The position numbers and the translations under genes were made by a program. A model generated the notes under the pieces. It saw only the letters and a program-made list of their open reading frames with translations. It searched no databases and was not told where the DNA came from. Shown here in pieces: positions 32,930-42,220 of a stretch of 64,000 nt of DNA. Position 1 is the first letter of the stretch; each line of letters starts with the position of its first letter. Source of the stretch: Acutalibacteraceae bacterium (GTDB lineage Bacteria; Bacillota; Clostridia; Oscillospirales; Acutalibacteraceae); NCBI GenBank assembly GCA_045545515.1, contig JAZQBA010000016.1:59785-123784 (forward strand), in the 5' to 3' direction.

Positions 32930-34618
32930 TTACATTTTTTCGGGGGCTTCAATCTTCATCGAAGAAAGAACACCCTTGAGAACGGACGCCGTGGCCGCAC
33001 AGAGGTTGAGTCGCGCCTGCATGAGCGATTCGTCCTCACCCTTTACGCGGCAGGCATCGTAAAACTTATGGAACCGCGTTGCCACCTCAACCACGTAGTG
33101 GGTCAATCTTGCCGGGTCGTAGGTCTTGGCCGCGGTGATGATCTCATCGGTCAATCCGCCCAGCAAGAGAATCAATTCGCGCTCGGCCGGGGAAGAAAGT
33201 CTTGCCAATTCTTCATCGGTGCATTCGCGCAGGGTTACCCCCTCTTCGACGAGGTTGCGCATCACGCTGCAAATACGCGCGTGGGCATACTGAACGTAGT
33301 GCACGGGGTTGCTGTTCTTTTCGCTGACCGCAAGGTCTAAATCAAAGTCGAAATGACTGTTGGGTTCGCGCAGATTGAAGAAGAAGCGCGCCGCATCGAC
33401 GGGAACTTCTTCGAGAAGGGTTACGAGCGTTATGGCTTTGCCCGAACGCTTGGAAGCCTTAATAACTTGGCCGTCGCGAACAAGGCGGACCATCTGCATG
33501 AGTACTACGTGCAACCGTTCGGCGTCCACACCCAAAGCCGTCAGCGCAGCCTTGAGGCGCGGCACGTAACCGTGGTGGTCGGCACCGAGAATGTCGATCG
33601 CTTTATCGAATTTGCGAACTTCGAACTTATTGTAGTGGTAGGCGATATCGGGCACGATATAGGTCGGCACCCCGTTGGCACGAACGAGAACAAAGTCTTT
33701 ATCGCAACCAAAATCGGTGGCGCGAAACCACAGGGCACCCTCTTGCTCATAGGTGTGGCCGCTGGCCTTCAACTGCTCGACAATGCGCGCGGCTTCTCCG
33801 CTTTGGTGCAGCGAACTCTCGCGGAACCAGGTATCGTACTGAATACGGTATTTTAAGAGGTCGTCTTCGAGTCCCTGAATATTTTTGGGCAACGCGAAGG
33901 CCACCAGCGCGGCGCGGCGCTCTTCCTCGGTCTTTTCCATCAAGGAATCGCCAAACTGTTCTGCATAGGCCTTGGCGTGGGCGATGATGTCCTCGCCGTG
34001 GTAAGAATCCTCGGGCATTTCCACGCCGTCGCGATAAAGTTGTTGATAGCGAAGGTCTAACGACAGGCCGAATTTATTAATCTGGTTGCCCGCGTCGTTA
34101 ATATAAAATTCGCGCTCGGTATAGAAACCGGCCATATCCAAAACGGCGGCCAGACAGTCGCCCAACGCACCGCCACGGGCGTTACCGATATGCATCGGAC
34201 CGGTGGGGTTGGCCGAAACGAACTCGACCAGCACGCGCTTTCCCTGGCCAAAGTTACTGCGGCCGTAATCGGCGCCTTTTTGGGCAATATCGCGCAGAAT
34301 ATCGGTGTAATACTGCGCCGACAGGAAGAAGTTGATAAAGCCGGGACCGGCAATTTCAAACCGCTCAACGTAGGTTCCGTTGAAGTCGGCTTTTTCGGTC
34401 AGGACCGTTGCAATATTGCGCGGTGCCTGGCGCAGTTGTTTTGCCCAGACCATTGCCGCGTTGACGGCATAGTCACCGTGACTGCGGTCGGCCGGTGCTT
34501 CAACGACAAATTCGGGCAATTCCACGGTCGGGAAAACGCCCTCGGCCATGGCTTGTCCTGCGGCCGATTTGAGCGCCGCAATAATCTGTTCTCTGGCTTT
34601 TTCTACGATAACGGACAT
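32930..34618 (-). CDS. argS: Arginine--tRNA ligase
   Basis: Class I HIGH motif (PTGPMHIGNARG), an MSK/KMSKS-like ASKRSGK, and a C-terminal DALR anticodon-binding domain. 562 aa. Confidence 0.95.
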   Translation of the reverse strand: MSVIVEKAREQIIAALKSAAGQAMAEGVFPTVELPEFVVEAPADRSHGDYAVNAAMVWAKQLRQAPRNIATVLTEKADFNGTYVERFEIAGPGFINFFLSAQYYTDILRDIAQKGADYGRSNFGQGKRVLVEFVSANPTGPMHIGNARGGALGDCLAAVLDMAGFYTEREFYINDAGNQINKFGLSLDLRYQQLYRDGVEMPEDSYHGEDIIAHAKAYAEQFGDSLMEKTEEERRAALVAFALPKNIQGLEDDLLKYRIQYDTWFRESSLHQSGEAARIVEQLKASGHTYEQEGALWFRATDFGCDKDFVLVRANGVPTYIVPDIAYHYNKFEVRKFDKAIDILGADHHGYVPRLKAALTALGVDAERLHVVLMQMVRLVRDGQVIKASKRSGKAITLVTLLEEVPVDAARFFFNLREPNSHFDFDLDLAVSEKNSNPVHYVQYAHARICSVMRNLVEEGVTLRECTDEELARLSSPAERELILLLGGLTDEIITAAKTYDPARLTHYVVEVATRFHKFYDACRVKGEDESLMQARLNLCAATASVLKGVLSSMKIEAPEKM

Positions 34619-35052
34619 AGTGGTTCTTCCTCCTGTATGGTAACATCAATCTGAATGGTGTTTCGGCTGACGAGTTGCCCCTCGGAAGAGAGGGTGTAGG
34701 TTGCCGTCAGGCGACCGCCCTGCTCGTTCAGTTCGTTTTCCACCGATTCCCCGTAAACCTCCAAAACGATTGCGCCCTGCGGTGCGGGGTAGAAACTGAT
34801 GTTTTTCTTGTTTTTTTCAATGATTAAATTCGATTCGACCGCGCCGCTGCGCTTGACCGACAAGGTTCCGTTCGAGCGAACGTGAAGATAGGTTTTTGCC
34901 CCGGCCATACCCGAGGCCTCGTTCTCCTCGTAGCAAAGAAGCAGTTCTTCCCCTTTGCGCCCGATTTTCCCCCGCGTGACCAGTTCAACGGTATCGCTGT
35001 CGGAATCGATGGTTTGTGTTCCTAAAATCTTAAAAATGGCCGCTTTCATCAT
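34603..35052 (-). CDS. DUF1934 (YwiB-like) protein
   Basis: ~149-aa beta-barrel-type protein overlapping the argS start. Same gene order as ywiB-argS in Bacillus. Confidence 0.7.
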   Translation of the reverse strand: MMKAAIFKILGTQTIDSDSDTVELVTRGKIGRKGEELLLCYEENEASGMAGAKTYLHVRSNGTLSVKRSGAVESNLIIEKNKKNISFYPAPQGAIVLEVYGESVENELNEQGGRLTATYTLSSEGQLVSRNTIQIDVTIQEEEPLCPLS

Positions 35053-35867
35053 ATTCCGTTAATATCCACCTGTTCTACAAAAACGTCGTCCAGTTCTTCC
35101 CCCAAAAGAGAAGAGGCTATCTTGCGGAACGAGTCGGCCTTATCGCTGACGTAAAAACGGTGTTCGGCCGTATGGGTTGTGACATTTTCCATTTCGTTTT
35201 TCTTCAACAGTTCGGCAACCGCCGCCGCCGAAGCCGTACCCATATTGATCAGGGTAACACCCTCGCCCATCACGCGGCGAATGGCTTCGCTCAACACCGG
35301 AAAATGGGTACACCCGAGAATCACGGTGTCGACCCCTTCGTCCATCATCGGCTGAACGTAACGCCGAACGGTCTCACACACAACGTCGTCCTCGGCCGAG
35401 AACCAACCCTCTTCCACCAAGGGCACAAAAAGGGTGGCGCTGTTTTCAATGACGACCGCTTCGGGCAACCGACTTAAAATCTGTTTGCGGTGGGCGCCGA
35501 TCTTAATGGTGGCCGCCGTGCCCAACACGCCGATCTTTCCGTTTTTGGTAGCCGCTACCGCCGCCCCGACCGAATGGGAAACCACTTCGATAAACGGCAC
35601 GGGCAGTTCCTTGGCCGAATCGACCGCTACCGAAGAAACGGTACCGCAGGCCGCCACGATCAATTTAACGTCCTTTCCCAACAAAAAGCGTTCATCCTGA
35701 CGGGCATATTTACAAATGGTCTCGCGGCTACGAGTGCCGTAAGGAACGCGGCCCGTATCCCCGAAATAAACGATATCCTCATGCGGCAAAAGGCGCATAA
35801 TTTCCTTGGCTACGGTTAGTCCCCCGAGTCCCGAATCGAAAATACCGATTGCTCGTTTGTCCGCCAT
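35049..35867 (-). CDS. murI: Glutamate racemase
   Basis: IGIFDSGLGGLTV, the first catalytic Cys in IVAACGT and the second in ILGCTHFP. Confidence 0.94.
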   Translation of the reverse strand: MADKRAIGIFDSGLGGLTVAKEIMRLLPHEDIVYFGDTGRVPYGTRSRETICKYARQDERFLLGKDVKLIVAACGTVSSVAVDSAKELPVPFIEVVSHSVGAAVAATKNGKIGVLGTAATIKIGAHRKQILSRLPEAVVIENSATLFVPLVEEGWFSAEDDVVCETVRRYVQPMMDEGVDTVILGCTHFPVLSEAIRRVMGEGVTLINMGTASAAAVAELLKKNEMENVTTHTAEHRFYVSDKADSFRKIASSLLGEELDDVFVEQVDINGI

Positions 35868-35947
35868 AAAAACACCTCAAATCAACAGATAATATTTCAT
35901 AATATCATACCACATTAACACTTTTTTTGCAACCTTTTTGTTGACTC

Positions 35948-35976
35948 TTGATTGTATAATTAAAAAATGTTAATAT
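35948..35976 (+). promoter_or_regulatory. Candidate promoter for the sbcD/yhaN-like pair
   Basis: TTGATT-17 nt-TAATAT with a TGt extended -10. Confidence 0.5.
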
Positions 35977-36009
35977 AGAGATACAGATTCCAAATTGGGA
36001 GGTTCCCCT

Positions 36010-37146
36010 ATGAGAGAAGTTCGTATCCTGCACTGTGCGGATCTGCATATCGGCGCCCTCGAACGGTTTTTGGGTACAGCGGCCAAAAAGCGCCGCGTTG
36101 AAACCCTTTTAACCTTTGAGCGCATTCTTGAGACCGCGCGCGACCATCAAGTAGACCTCCTACTGATTGCAGGTGATTTATTTGACAGCAACACCATCGA
36201 AAGCGAATGGGTCGACCGCGTTTTTGAAGGTTTTTCGAGTATCCCCGACGTGCAAATTGTTTTTGCCGCGGGAAACCACGACCCCTTGGACGCGCAATCG
36301 CCTTTCGTGACCCGCGAATTGCCCGAGAACGTCCACGTGCTCGGCAAGACCGACACGGTGTTGACCTTTGAAGACTTACACACACGCGTCTGGGGCCGCT
36401 CGTTTGCCGAAGTGTACCTTTCGGGGCAAGAGCGTTTTTCCCTTGCCGTAGAAGATGACGACACCCTGAACATTATGGTTCAGCACGGCGAATTTGCGGG
36501 CAGTATGGGTGGCAATTACAACACCATCACACCCGAATTTATCCGCACAAGCGGTATGGATTACGTGGCGCTGGGCCACATTCACAAGCGAAGCGAAATC
36601 GAAAAACTCGGCGGCACTTCCTTTGCCTACTGCGGTTGCCCCGAAGGACAAGGCTTTGACGAAACGGGCGAAAAGGGCGTTTATTTGGGCGTTGTTCGGA
36701 AAAATGAAGCGAACCTAACCTTTATCCCCTTGTCGAAACGCCGCCACGAACGGGTCGACGTCGACCTGTCGGTCTGCAGTTCCCCCGCGGCTTTTACCGA
36801 CGTTATTCTCCAACAATTGGCTGATACCTATGGGGAAGACTATGCCGAAAACCTTTACCGCATTACCCTTTCGGGGGCTCTTCCCGAGGAATGGAACTTC
36901 TCTACCGCCGAAATTTCGGCGCGACTCAACGAGAAACTGTATTTTGCCAAGGTACTCAACCGCACCGAGGTTGAAGCCGATTTGGAAAGTTTATCCAAAG
37001 ATGCAAGCCTGAAGGGGATTTTTACGCGAAAGATGTTGGCGGCCATCACGAATGCCGCCGAGCAAGACCGCGAACAACTTCGCGCCGCATTGCAACTCGG
37101 CTTGCGTGCTTTCAGAGGGGAGATCGACGACTTTGATTTTGAATAA
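36010..37146 (+). CDS. DNA repair exonuclease, SbcD/YhaO-like metallophosphoesterase
   Basis: ILHCADLHIG, GDLFD, AGNHD and GHIH motifs. Start ATG 36010 with GGGAGG RBS. Confidence 0.85.
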   Translation: MREVRILHCADLHIGALERFLGTAAKKRRVETLLTFERILETARDHQVDLLLIAGDLFDSNTIESEWVDRVFEGFSSIPDVQIVFAAGNHDPLDAQSPFVTRELPENVHVLGKTDTVLTFEDLHTRVWGRSFAEVYLSGQERFSLAVEDDDTLNIMVQHGEFAGSMGGNYNTITPEFIRTSGMDYVALGHIHKRSEIEKLGGTSFAYCGCPEGQGFDETGEKGVYLGVVRKNEANLTFIPLSKRRHERVDVDLSVCSSPAAFTDVILQQLADTYGEDYAENLYRITLSGALPEEWNFSTAEISARLNEKLYFAKVLNRTEVEADLESLSKDASLKGIFTRKMLAAITNAAEQDREQLRAALQLGLRAFRGEIDDFDFE

Positions 37147-39475
37147 AATACATATCGGCGCCTTTGGAAAACTTGAAAACTTTACGTTAGACCTTGGCGA
37201 CGGTTTTCAGATGATCTACGGCGACAACGAAGACGGAAAAACCACCGTGATGAACTTTTTGCGCATGATGTTTTACGGCAACAAGAGTAAATCCGCGCGA
37301 ACGCTTCGCAAAAAGTATCAGCCGTGGTCGGGCCGCGCGATGGGCGGAAGTGTCACCTTTACCCACGAGGGGCACCGTTACTGTCTGGAACGGGAATTCC
37401 GCGGAAGCGATGCGACCGACCGCGTAACGCTGCGCGACCTGGACCTTGGCACCGCAGAAAGCGTCGGTCCCGATATCGGCAGCCGTTTCTTCTCGATGGG
37501 CGCGGGCGCGTTTGAGCGCAGCGTTTTTATCGGTCAGGGCGGCGCTTTTACCGCCGACAGCGAGGCCGAGGGCGAACTCAACAACCGCCTTTCCAATCTG
37601 GCGCTCACGGGTGAAGAAGACGTTTCATTCCAAACCGTTTGCGGGCGGTTGGAAAATGCGCAGACGCGCCTTATGTCGCCGCGAAAAGTCGGTCTTTACG
37701 ACAAGGGGGTCCAACAACTCGAGGAACTAAAAACCGCGTTGGCCGAGACCGACCGCCAAAACCGCCGCAAAGAAGAATTAACGGCCCGTTCCCTTTCTTT
37801 GAAAGAAGAACTGACCGCTGTAAAAAAGCAGTATGAAGACGTAAAACAAACGGTTGACCGCGAACAGGATTTTCGAAACGCGGCCAAACTGCGCGAATAT
37901 CTGGACCTGAAAAATCAACTCGACCAGCGCGCACAAGCCACCCTTTTGGAGGACGGCAAACCCTTTGACGAACTCTTCCTCGGCAAAATCAATTTCTGCC
38001 TTTCGAAATACCGCGGTGAACTCGAGCGCGTGAATGAAAAAACGCGAGAGTGTAAAACCCTGGCCGAAGAACTGCGCCGCGCGGAAGAATCCAAAACCGC
38101 CGCCGGCGAGGAAACCTTAAAGAAACTGCAAGAGCAGTTGGAACAAACGAAAATTTCCTACCAACGCGCTTGTCAGGCTGTGGCCGAAACCGAACAGCGC
38201 GAACAACAAGCCGCAACAGAATGCGAAGAAGCCCGCGGCAAGAAAAAGCCTTTCCACCCCTGGCTTTTGCTGTTGGGCGCCGTCTTGCTCGCCGCGGCCG
38301 TCGGCCTTTGGTTTGTGTCCGGTCTTGCGGCGATGGGTTGTTGTGCGGCAAGTTTTGTGCTCTTGCTTTTGAGTTTTATTCTTCGACCCCTCGACAAAAA
38401 CGCCACCCTTCGTCCCGAACGCGAACGCGCGGCGTTACAGTTGGAACTGGCCGAACAAAAAACCGCCCAAGCCGAAGCGGGCGGCAAGGTCAGCGACTTC
38501 GAGCGCGAGATTGCTCTTTTGATTGCGGCGCGCAACGCCGACGAGGCGGTTCTTCGCGAAAAAGGGCAACAACTCGAAGAACGAAAAGCCAACCTCGAAA
38601 ACGCCAAAGCCGCCGCGAACGAACAGGAAACGGCGCTTTTGGAACTCTTTTCGCGGCTCGAAAAGGTCGATTCGGCCCAAGCGGTTGAAGACCGTTTGCC
38701 CCAACTCCAACAACTGGCTGAAGAGCAAAAACAACTCAAATTAAAACTCAAATATTTAAGTGATGACCTTGGTCACCTTTCTTACGAACAGGCGGCCGAG
38801 CGCTTGGCACAACTCGGAAACGAAACGGCCGACCAACAAACCTTCCAAAACGCGCGCGAGAAACTGGAACTTCTCGGCGAGCGCGGACAACAACTGGCCG
38901 CCGACCTTTCGGCCGTGTTGACCGAACTTCGCACCGGGTTTACAGGACTTGAAAATCCCGAAACCATTCGTTCTCAACTGGAACAACTCGAAGAAAAATT
39001 GGCCGAACAAAAAGCGTTTTACGAAAATGCCGCCTTGGCGCAAAAGGTTTTAACCGACAGTTTTGCCGAACTTCGCCAAGGATACGGCGGCGTTTTAGAA
39101 CAAGAAACTTTACGCTTGTTCGACCGTTTGACCAACGGTCGGTATCAAGCCGTTTCGATCTCACCCGACCTTACCGTTTCGGTTTGTGAACAAGGCGACT
39201 TTGCTTCGCGCCAAGCCGACCTTTTGAGTATGGGCACGACCGACCAAGCCTATTTGAGTCTGCGCCTGGCCCTTTCCAAATTACTGCGACAGGAAAACAA
39301 TCTGCCCGTCCTCTTGGACGACGTTCTCGCCCAGTACGACGAAGGACGCGCGGCAAGTGCGCTTGCGGCGTTACAGGAATATGCCGCCGACTCACAGGTG
39401 CTGTTCTTCACCTGCCACCGTGCACTCTGCAAAAAAGCAGAAGAACTCGGTGCCGCGGTGATAAACCTGAAATAG
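37133..39475 (+). CDS. SbcC/Rad50-like AAA ATPase (YhaN-like) with central TM hairpin
   Basis: Walker A GDNEDGKTT, long coiled coils, signature-like LSMGTTDQ, Walker B PVLLDDVL. Two hydrophobic helices at 38255-38390. TTG start overlaps the upstream gene end. Confidence 0.8.
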   Translation: MILNKIHIGAFGKLENFTLDLGDGFQMIYGDNEDGKTTVMNFLRMMFYGNKSKSARTLRKKYQPWSGRAMGGSVTFTHEGHRYCLEREFRGSDATDRVTLRDLDLGTAESVGPDIGSRFFSMGAGAFERSVFIGQGGAFTADSEAEGELNNRLSNLALTGEEDVSFQTVCGRLENAQTRLMSPRKVGLYDKGVQQLEELKTALAETDRQNRRKEELTARSLSLKEELTAVKKQYEDVKQTVDREQDFRNAAKLREYLDLKNQLDQRAQATLLEDGKPFDELFLGKINFCLSKYRGELERVNEKTRECKTLAEELRRAEESKTAAGEETLKKLQEQLEQTKISYQRACQAVAETEQREQQAATECEEARGKKKPFHPWLLLLGAVLLAAAVGLWFVSGLAAMGCCAASFVLLLLSFILRPLDKNATLRPERERAALQLELAEQKTAQAEAGGKVSDFEREIALLIAARNADEAVLREKGQQLEERKANLENAKAAANEQETALLELFSRLEKVDSAQAVEDRLPQLQQLAEEQKQLKLKLKYLSDDLGHLSYEQAAERLAQLGNETADQQTFQNAREKLELLGERGQQLAADLSAVLTELRTGFTGLENPETIRSQLEQLEEKLAEQKAFYENAALAQKVLTDSFAELRQGYGGVLEQETLRLFDRLTNGRYQAVSISPDLTVSVCEQGDFASRQADLLSMGTTDQAYLSLRLALSKLLRQENNLPVLLDDVLAQYDEGRAASALAALQEYAADSQVLFFTCHRALCKKAEELGAAVINLK

Positions 39476-39520
39476 GTGCAAAACCATAAAACGGACACAG
39501 ACGACCGACCCTACAACAAC

Positions 39521-39562
39521 AAAACCCCGTGTTCAAAATGAACACGGGGTTTTATATTTTTT
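39521..39562. terminator. Bidirectional terminator
   Basis: ccccgtgttca-aaa-tgaacacgggg 11-bp stem flanked by an A-run and a T-run. Confidence 0.9.
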
Positions 39563-39565
39563 TAA

Positions 39566-41140
39566 TTATGCAACGACGTCATCGGTGCCCAAGCGAACCG
39601 CTTCAAACTCCTCTTCAATCTCTGCAGAGGGTTTTTTGGTCAAGAGAGAAACAACGACAATGACGATCGAAGAAATGATAAACGCGGGCAACAATTCGTA
39701 GATGGCGAAAACACCGCCGATCTTGCTGATCAAAAGTTTCCACACGAATACCATCACACCACCGCTGAGCATACCGGCGATAGCGCCCTCTCGGGTGGTT
39801 CTCTTCCAGAAGAGCGAGAAGATCATAATCGGGCCGAAGGTTGCGCCGAATCCTGCCCAAGCAAACGAAACAATGTTGAAAATAACACTGTCTTCATCCA
39901 GCGCGATTACCATTGCAATCGCGGCAATAGCCAACAGGGTGATTCGAGAAATCACCATAACCTCTTTATCGGTTGCCTTTTTCTTAAAGGTGCCCTGATA
40001 AATATTCTTCGCGAATGCCGAAGCGGCAATCAGCAAGTAGGAATCCGAAGAACTGATGGTGGCCGCCAGAATACCCGCCATGACAAATCCTGCCAACAAC
40101 GGCGGCAAGAAATTGGTCGAAAGCGTGATGAAGATGTTTTCTGCCGACGAAGCCGTCAAGTGTTCTGCGGGGAACAACTGTCTGCCCATGAGACCGATAA
40201 ACACGGCAACTGCGAGCGAAATAACGACCCAAACCATTGCAATTCTGCGGGAAGCTTTGAGTTCGCTTTCTTTGCGAATAGCCATAAACCGCAACAATAC
40301 CTGCGGCATACCAAAGTAGCCAAAGCCCCAGGCCAAGGAAGAACAGATGGTCAAAACGCTGTAGGTTTTTGCTTCGCCGAAGACGGCCTTGCCGCCCTCA
40401 ATCAACTGTGCCCCGTCGGAGCCCAGCGTGGGGGAAGCCATACCGAAGAAATCCAAGAAACCGGGAATCTCGCGCGCATTTTCAAGAACCGCGCCGAAAC
40501 CTCCCGCTTTGACAACGCCGAGAATCACGATGGTTGCCAAGGCGATAATCATAACAATAGCTTGCATAAAGTCCGAAGCGCTTTCGGCCAAAAATCCGCC
40601 CAAAAGCGTATACAGAAGTACAAAAACCGCGCCGACGAGCATCATCGAGATATAAGAAGTTCCAAACAGCGTCGAGAACAGTTTTCCGCAAGTAACCAAA
40701 CAACTTGCCGCATAAACCGTAAAGAACACGAGAATAAAGAGCGCCGAAATCATTAAAATAACGGGGTTTTTCTCTTTGTAACGATTGGAGAAAAACTCGG
40801 GCAAAGTGATCGCGTTGTTGGCCTTGATACTGTATCTACGCAATCTCTTCGAGGTAATTAACCAGTTTAAGTATGTACCTACCGCCAGACCGATGGCAAC
40901 CCAGGCTGCATCGGCAACGCCGCACCAATAAGCAACACCCGGAAGGCCCATCAACAGCCAACCGCTCATATCCGAAGCCTCCGCACTCATTGCGGTGACC
41001 CACGGGCCCAGCGAACGGCCGCCTAAAAAGAAAGCCTCACTGTTTTGGTTGGCTTTCTTGGCATAAAGAATGCCGATGAGAATAACCGCGGCCATATAAA
41101 TGACCATTGCGATTAAAATTTGTATGGTATTAGAACCCAC
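39566..41140 (-). CDS. putP: Sodium:solute symporter family, PutP-like sodium/proline symporter
   Basis: FFLGGRSLGPWVTAMSAEASDMSGWLLMGLPG motif block. ~13 TM helices. GTG start 41140 with AAGGAG 8 nt upstream. Confidence 0.8.
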   Translation of the reverse strand: MGSNTIQILIAMVIYMAAVILIGILYAKKANQNSEAFFLGGRSLGPWVTAMSAEASDMSGWLLMGLPGVAYWCGVADAAWVAIGLAVGTYLNWLITSKRLRRYSIKANNAITLPEFFSNRYKEKNPVILMISALFILVFFTVYAASCLVTCGKLFSTLFGTSYISMMLVGAVFVLLYTLLGGFLAESASDFMQAIVMIIALATIVILGVVKAGGFGAVLENAREIPGFLDFFGMASPTLGSDGAQLIEGGKAVFGEAKTYSVLTICSSLAWGFGYFGMPQVLLRFMAIRKESELKASRRIAMVWVVISLAVAVFIGLMGRQLFPAEHLTASSAENIFITLSTNFLPPLLAGFVMAGILAATISSSDSYLLIAASAFAKNIYQGTFKKKATDKEVMVISRITLLAIAAIAMVIALDEDSVIFNIVSFAWAGFGATFGPIMIFSLFWKRTTREGAIAGMLSGGVMVFVWKLLISKIGGVFAIYELLPAFIISSIVIVVVSLLTKKPSAEIEEEFEAVRLGTDDVVA

Positions 41141-41180
41141 AAAAACAACTCCTTTGACAAATAGTGATATACAATAATAA

Positions 41181-41225
41181 CACAAAACTCACGATAATGC
41201 AAGAAAAATGCATCATCGTGAGTTT
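41181..41225 (-). terminator. Terminator after the GT2 gene
   Basis: aaactcacgat...atcgtgagttt 11-bp stem with an inner atgca/tgcat extension. The minus strand continues TTTTGTGTTATT. Confidence 0.7.
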
Positions 41226-41233
41226 TCTTGAAA

Positions 41234-42154
41234 CTATTCGCGAACTTTTAACACGTATAAAAGGTCGCCCACGCGTTCTTTGAAGCGGAAAAACGCATAG
41301 TATTCGGGCAGTCGCCAAAGGGCAAGTGCACTCCAGAAATTGCGCGTGGTCAAGGCTTTCAAACGTTCGGCGTGAAGTTTATAGGGCATCGGGCTGCCCG
41401 AAAAAGCGCGAACGCTCTTGGAGGCCGAAAACCGCTCGGCCGCAATCTCGATTCGGCTTTTTTCCATCTTTTTGAACCCGATGGTATTGCTTTCGTGAAT
41501 GCGGTACTGAATGAGCGGCACGTTGTAAAAATACAGACCCTTTTTGGCCGCCGCCATTAAATTCAGTTCATAATCGTGGGGAGAAACGCTCTCGGTATTC
41601 TGTACGTAGCAGTCAATCAATTCGCGGCGAAACGCCGTGGTACAACCGGGCGAAATGTTCTTGCGCATTACCGTTTTGAGCGTTATGCGCTCAAGCGGAT
41701 GGCGAAGCGGTTGGGTCACCAGCCCGTAATTCTGATTGCCGCGCGGACCGTATACGTCCGACGGTTCCCCGTTCGTCCCCACAATTTCAAACGAGGTATT
41801 GATTCCCAACACGTTCGGGTTCGCGGTGAAGAGGTTGGTCATACTCTCCAACTTGTCCTCACTCCAGATATCATCCTGGTCCGACAAAAACACCACGTCG
41901 CCCGTCGTTTTGGAAAGCGCTTTACAGAAGTTGGCCGCAAAGCCGATATTCTCTTCGTTTTCGTAAAGTTTCCAATTGGAAAGATTGTTTTTCTCAATAT
42001 AATCGCGCACGAGAAGAACGGTATCATCGGTTGAAGCATCGTCACAGATAATGACTTCATCCGCCGCGCGGATTTGATTCTTTAAGGAATCCAACTGCTC
42101 ACGCAAAAAGCGCTGACCGTTATAGGTCGTCATCGCAATCGAAATTTTAAGCAT
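41234..42154 (-). CDS. Glycosyltransferase family 2
   Basis: ISIAMTTYNG..FLREQLDSL, ICDDASTD, and a DQDDIW (DxD) motif. Confidence 0.88.
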   Translation of the reverse strand: MLKISIAMTTYNGQRFLREQLDSLKNQIRAADEVIICDDASTDDTVLLVRDYIEKNNLSNWKLYENEENIGFAANFCKALSKTTGDVVFLSDQDDIWSEDKLESMTNLFTANPNVLGINTSFEIVGTNGEPSDVYGPRGNQNYGLVTQPLRHPLERITLKTVMRKNISPGCTTAFRRELIDCYVQNTESVSPHDYELNLMAAAKKGLYFYNVPLIQYRIHESNTIGFKKMEKSRIEIAAERFSASKSVRAFSGSPMPYKLHAERLKALTTRNFWSALALWRLPEYYAFFRFKERVGDLLYVLKVRE

Positions 42155-42220
42155 TTGACCGTTCCTCCTTTTTTATTTGCCGCTTCCCTATTTTACCATA
42201 ATCGGTTCTTTTTTTCAAGT

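Noticed and set aside
31671-33062. 463-aa plus-strand ORF spanning pncB and the argS 3' end.
   Set aside because: It lies antisense to two confidently identified housekeeping genes and crosses their boundary. It has no RBS or recognisable domain.
34603-35100. T-box leader upstream of argS.
   Set aside because: The argS start overlaps the DUF1934 gene, which in turn overlaps murI. No untranslated leader or T-box specifier/antiterminator sequence is present.
38170-38751. Overlapping 172-aa (+) and 192-aa (-) ORFs inside the yhaN-like gene.
   Set aside because: They are alternative frames of a coiled-coil coding region (repetitive E/K/Q/A codons). They are R/S-rich, with no start context.
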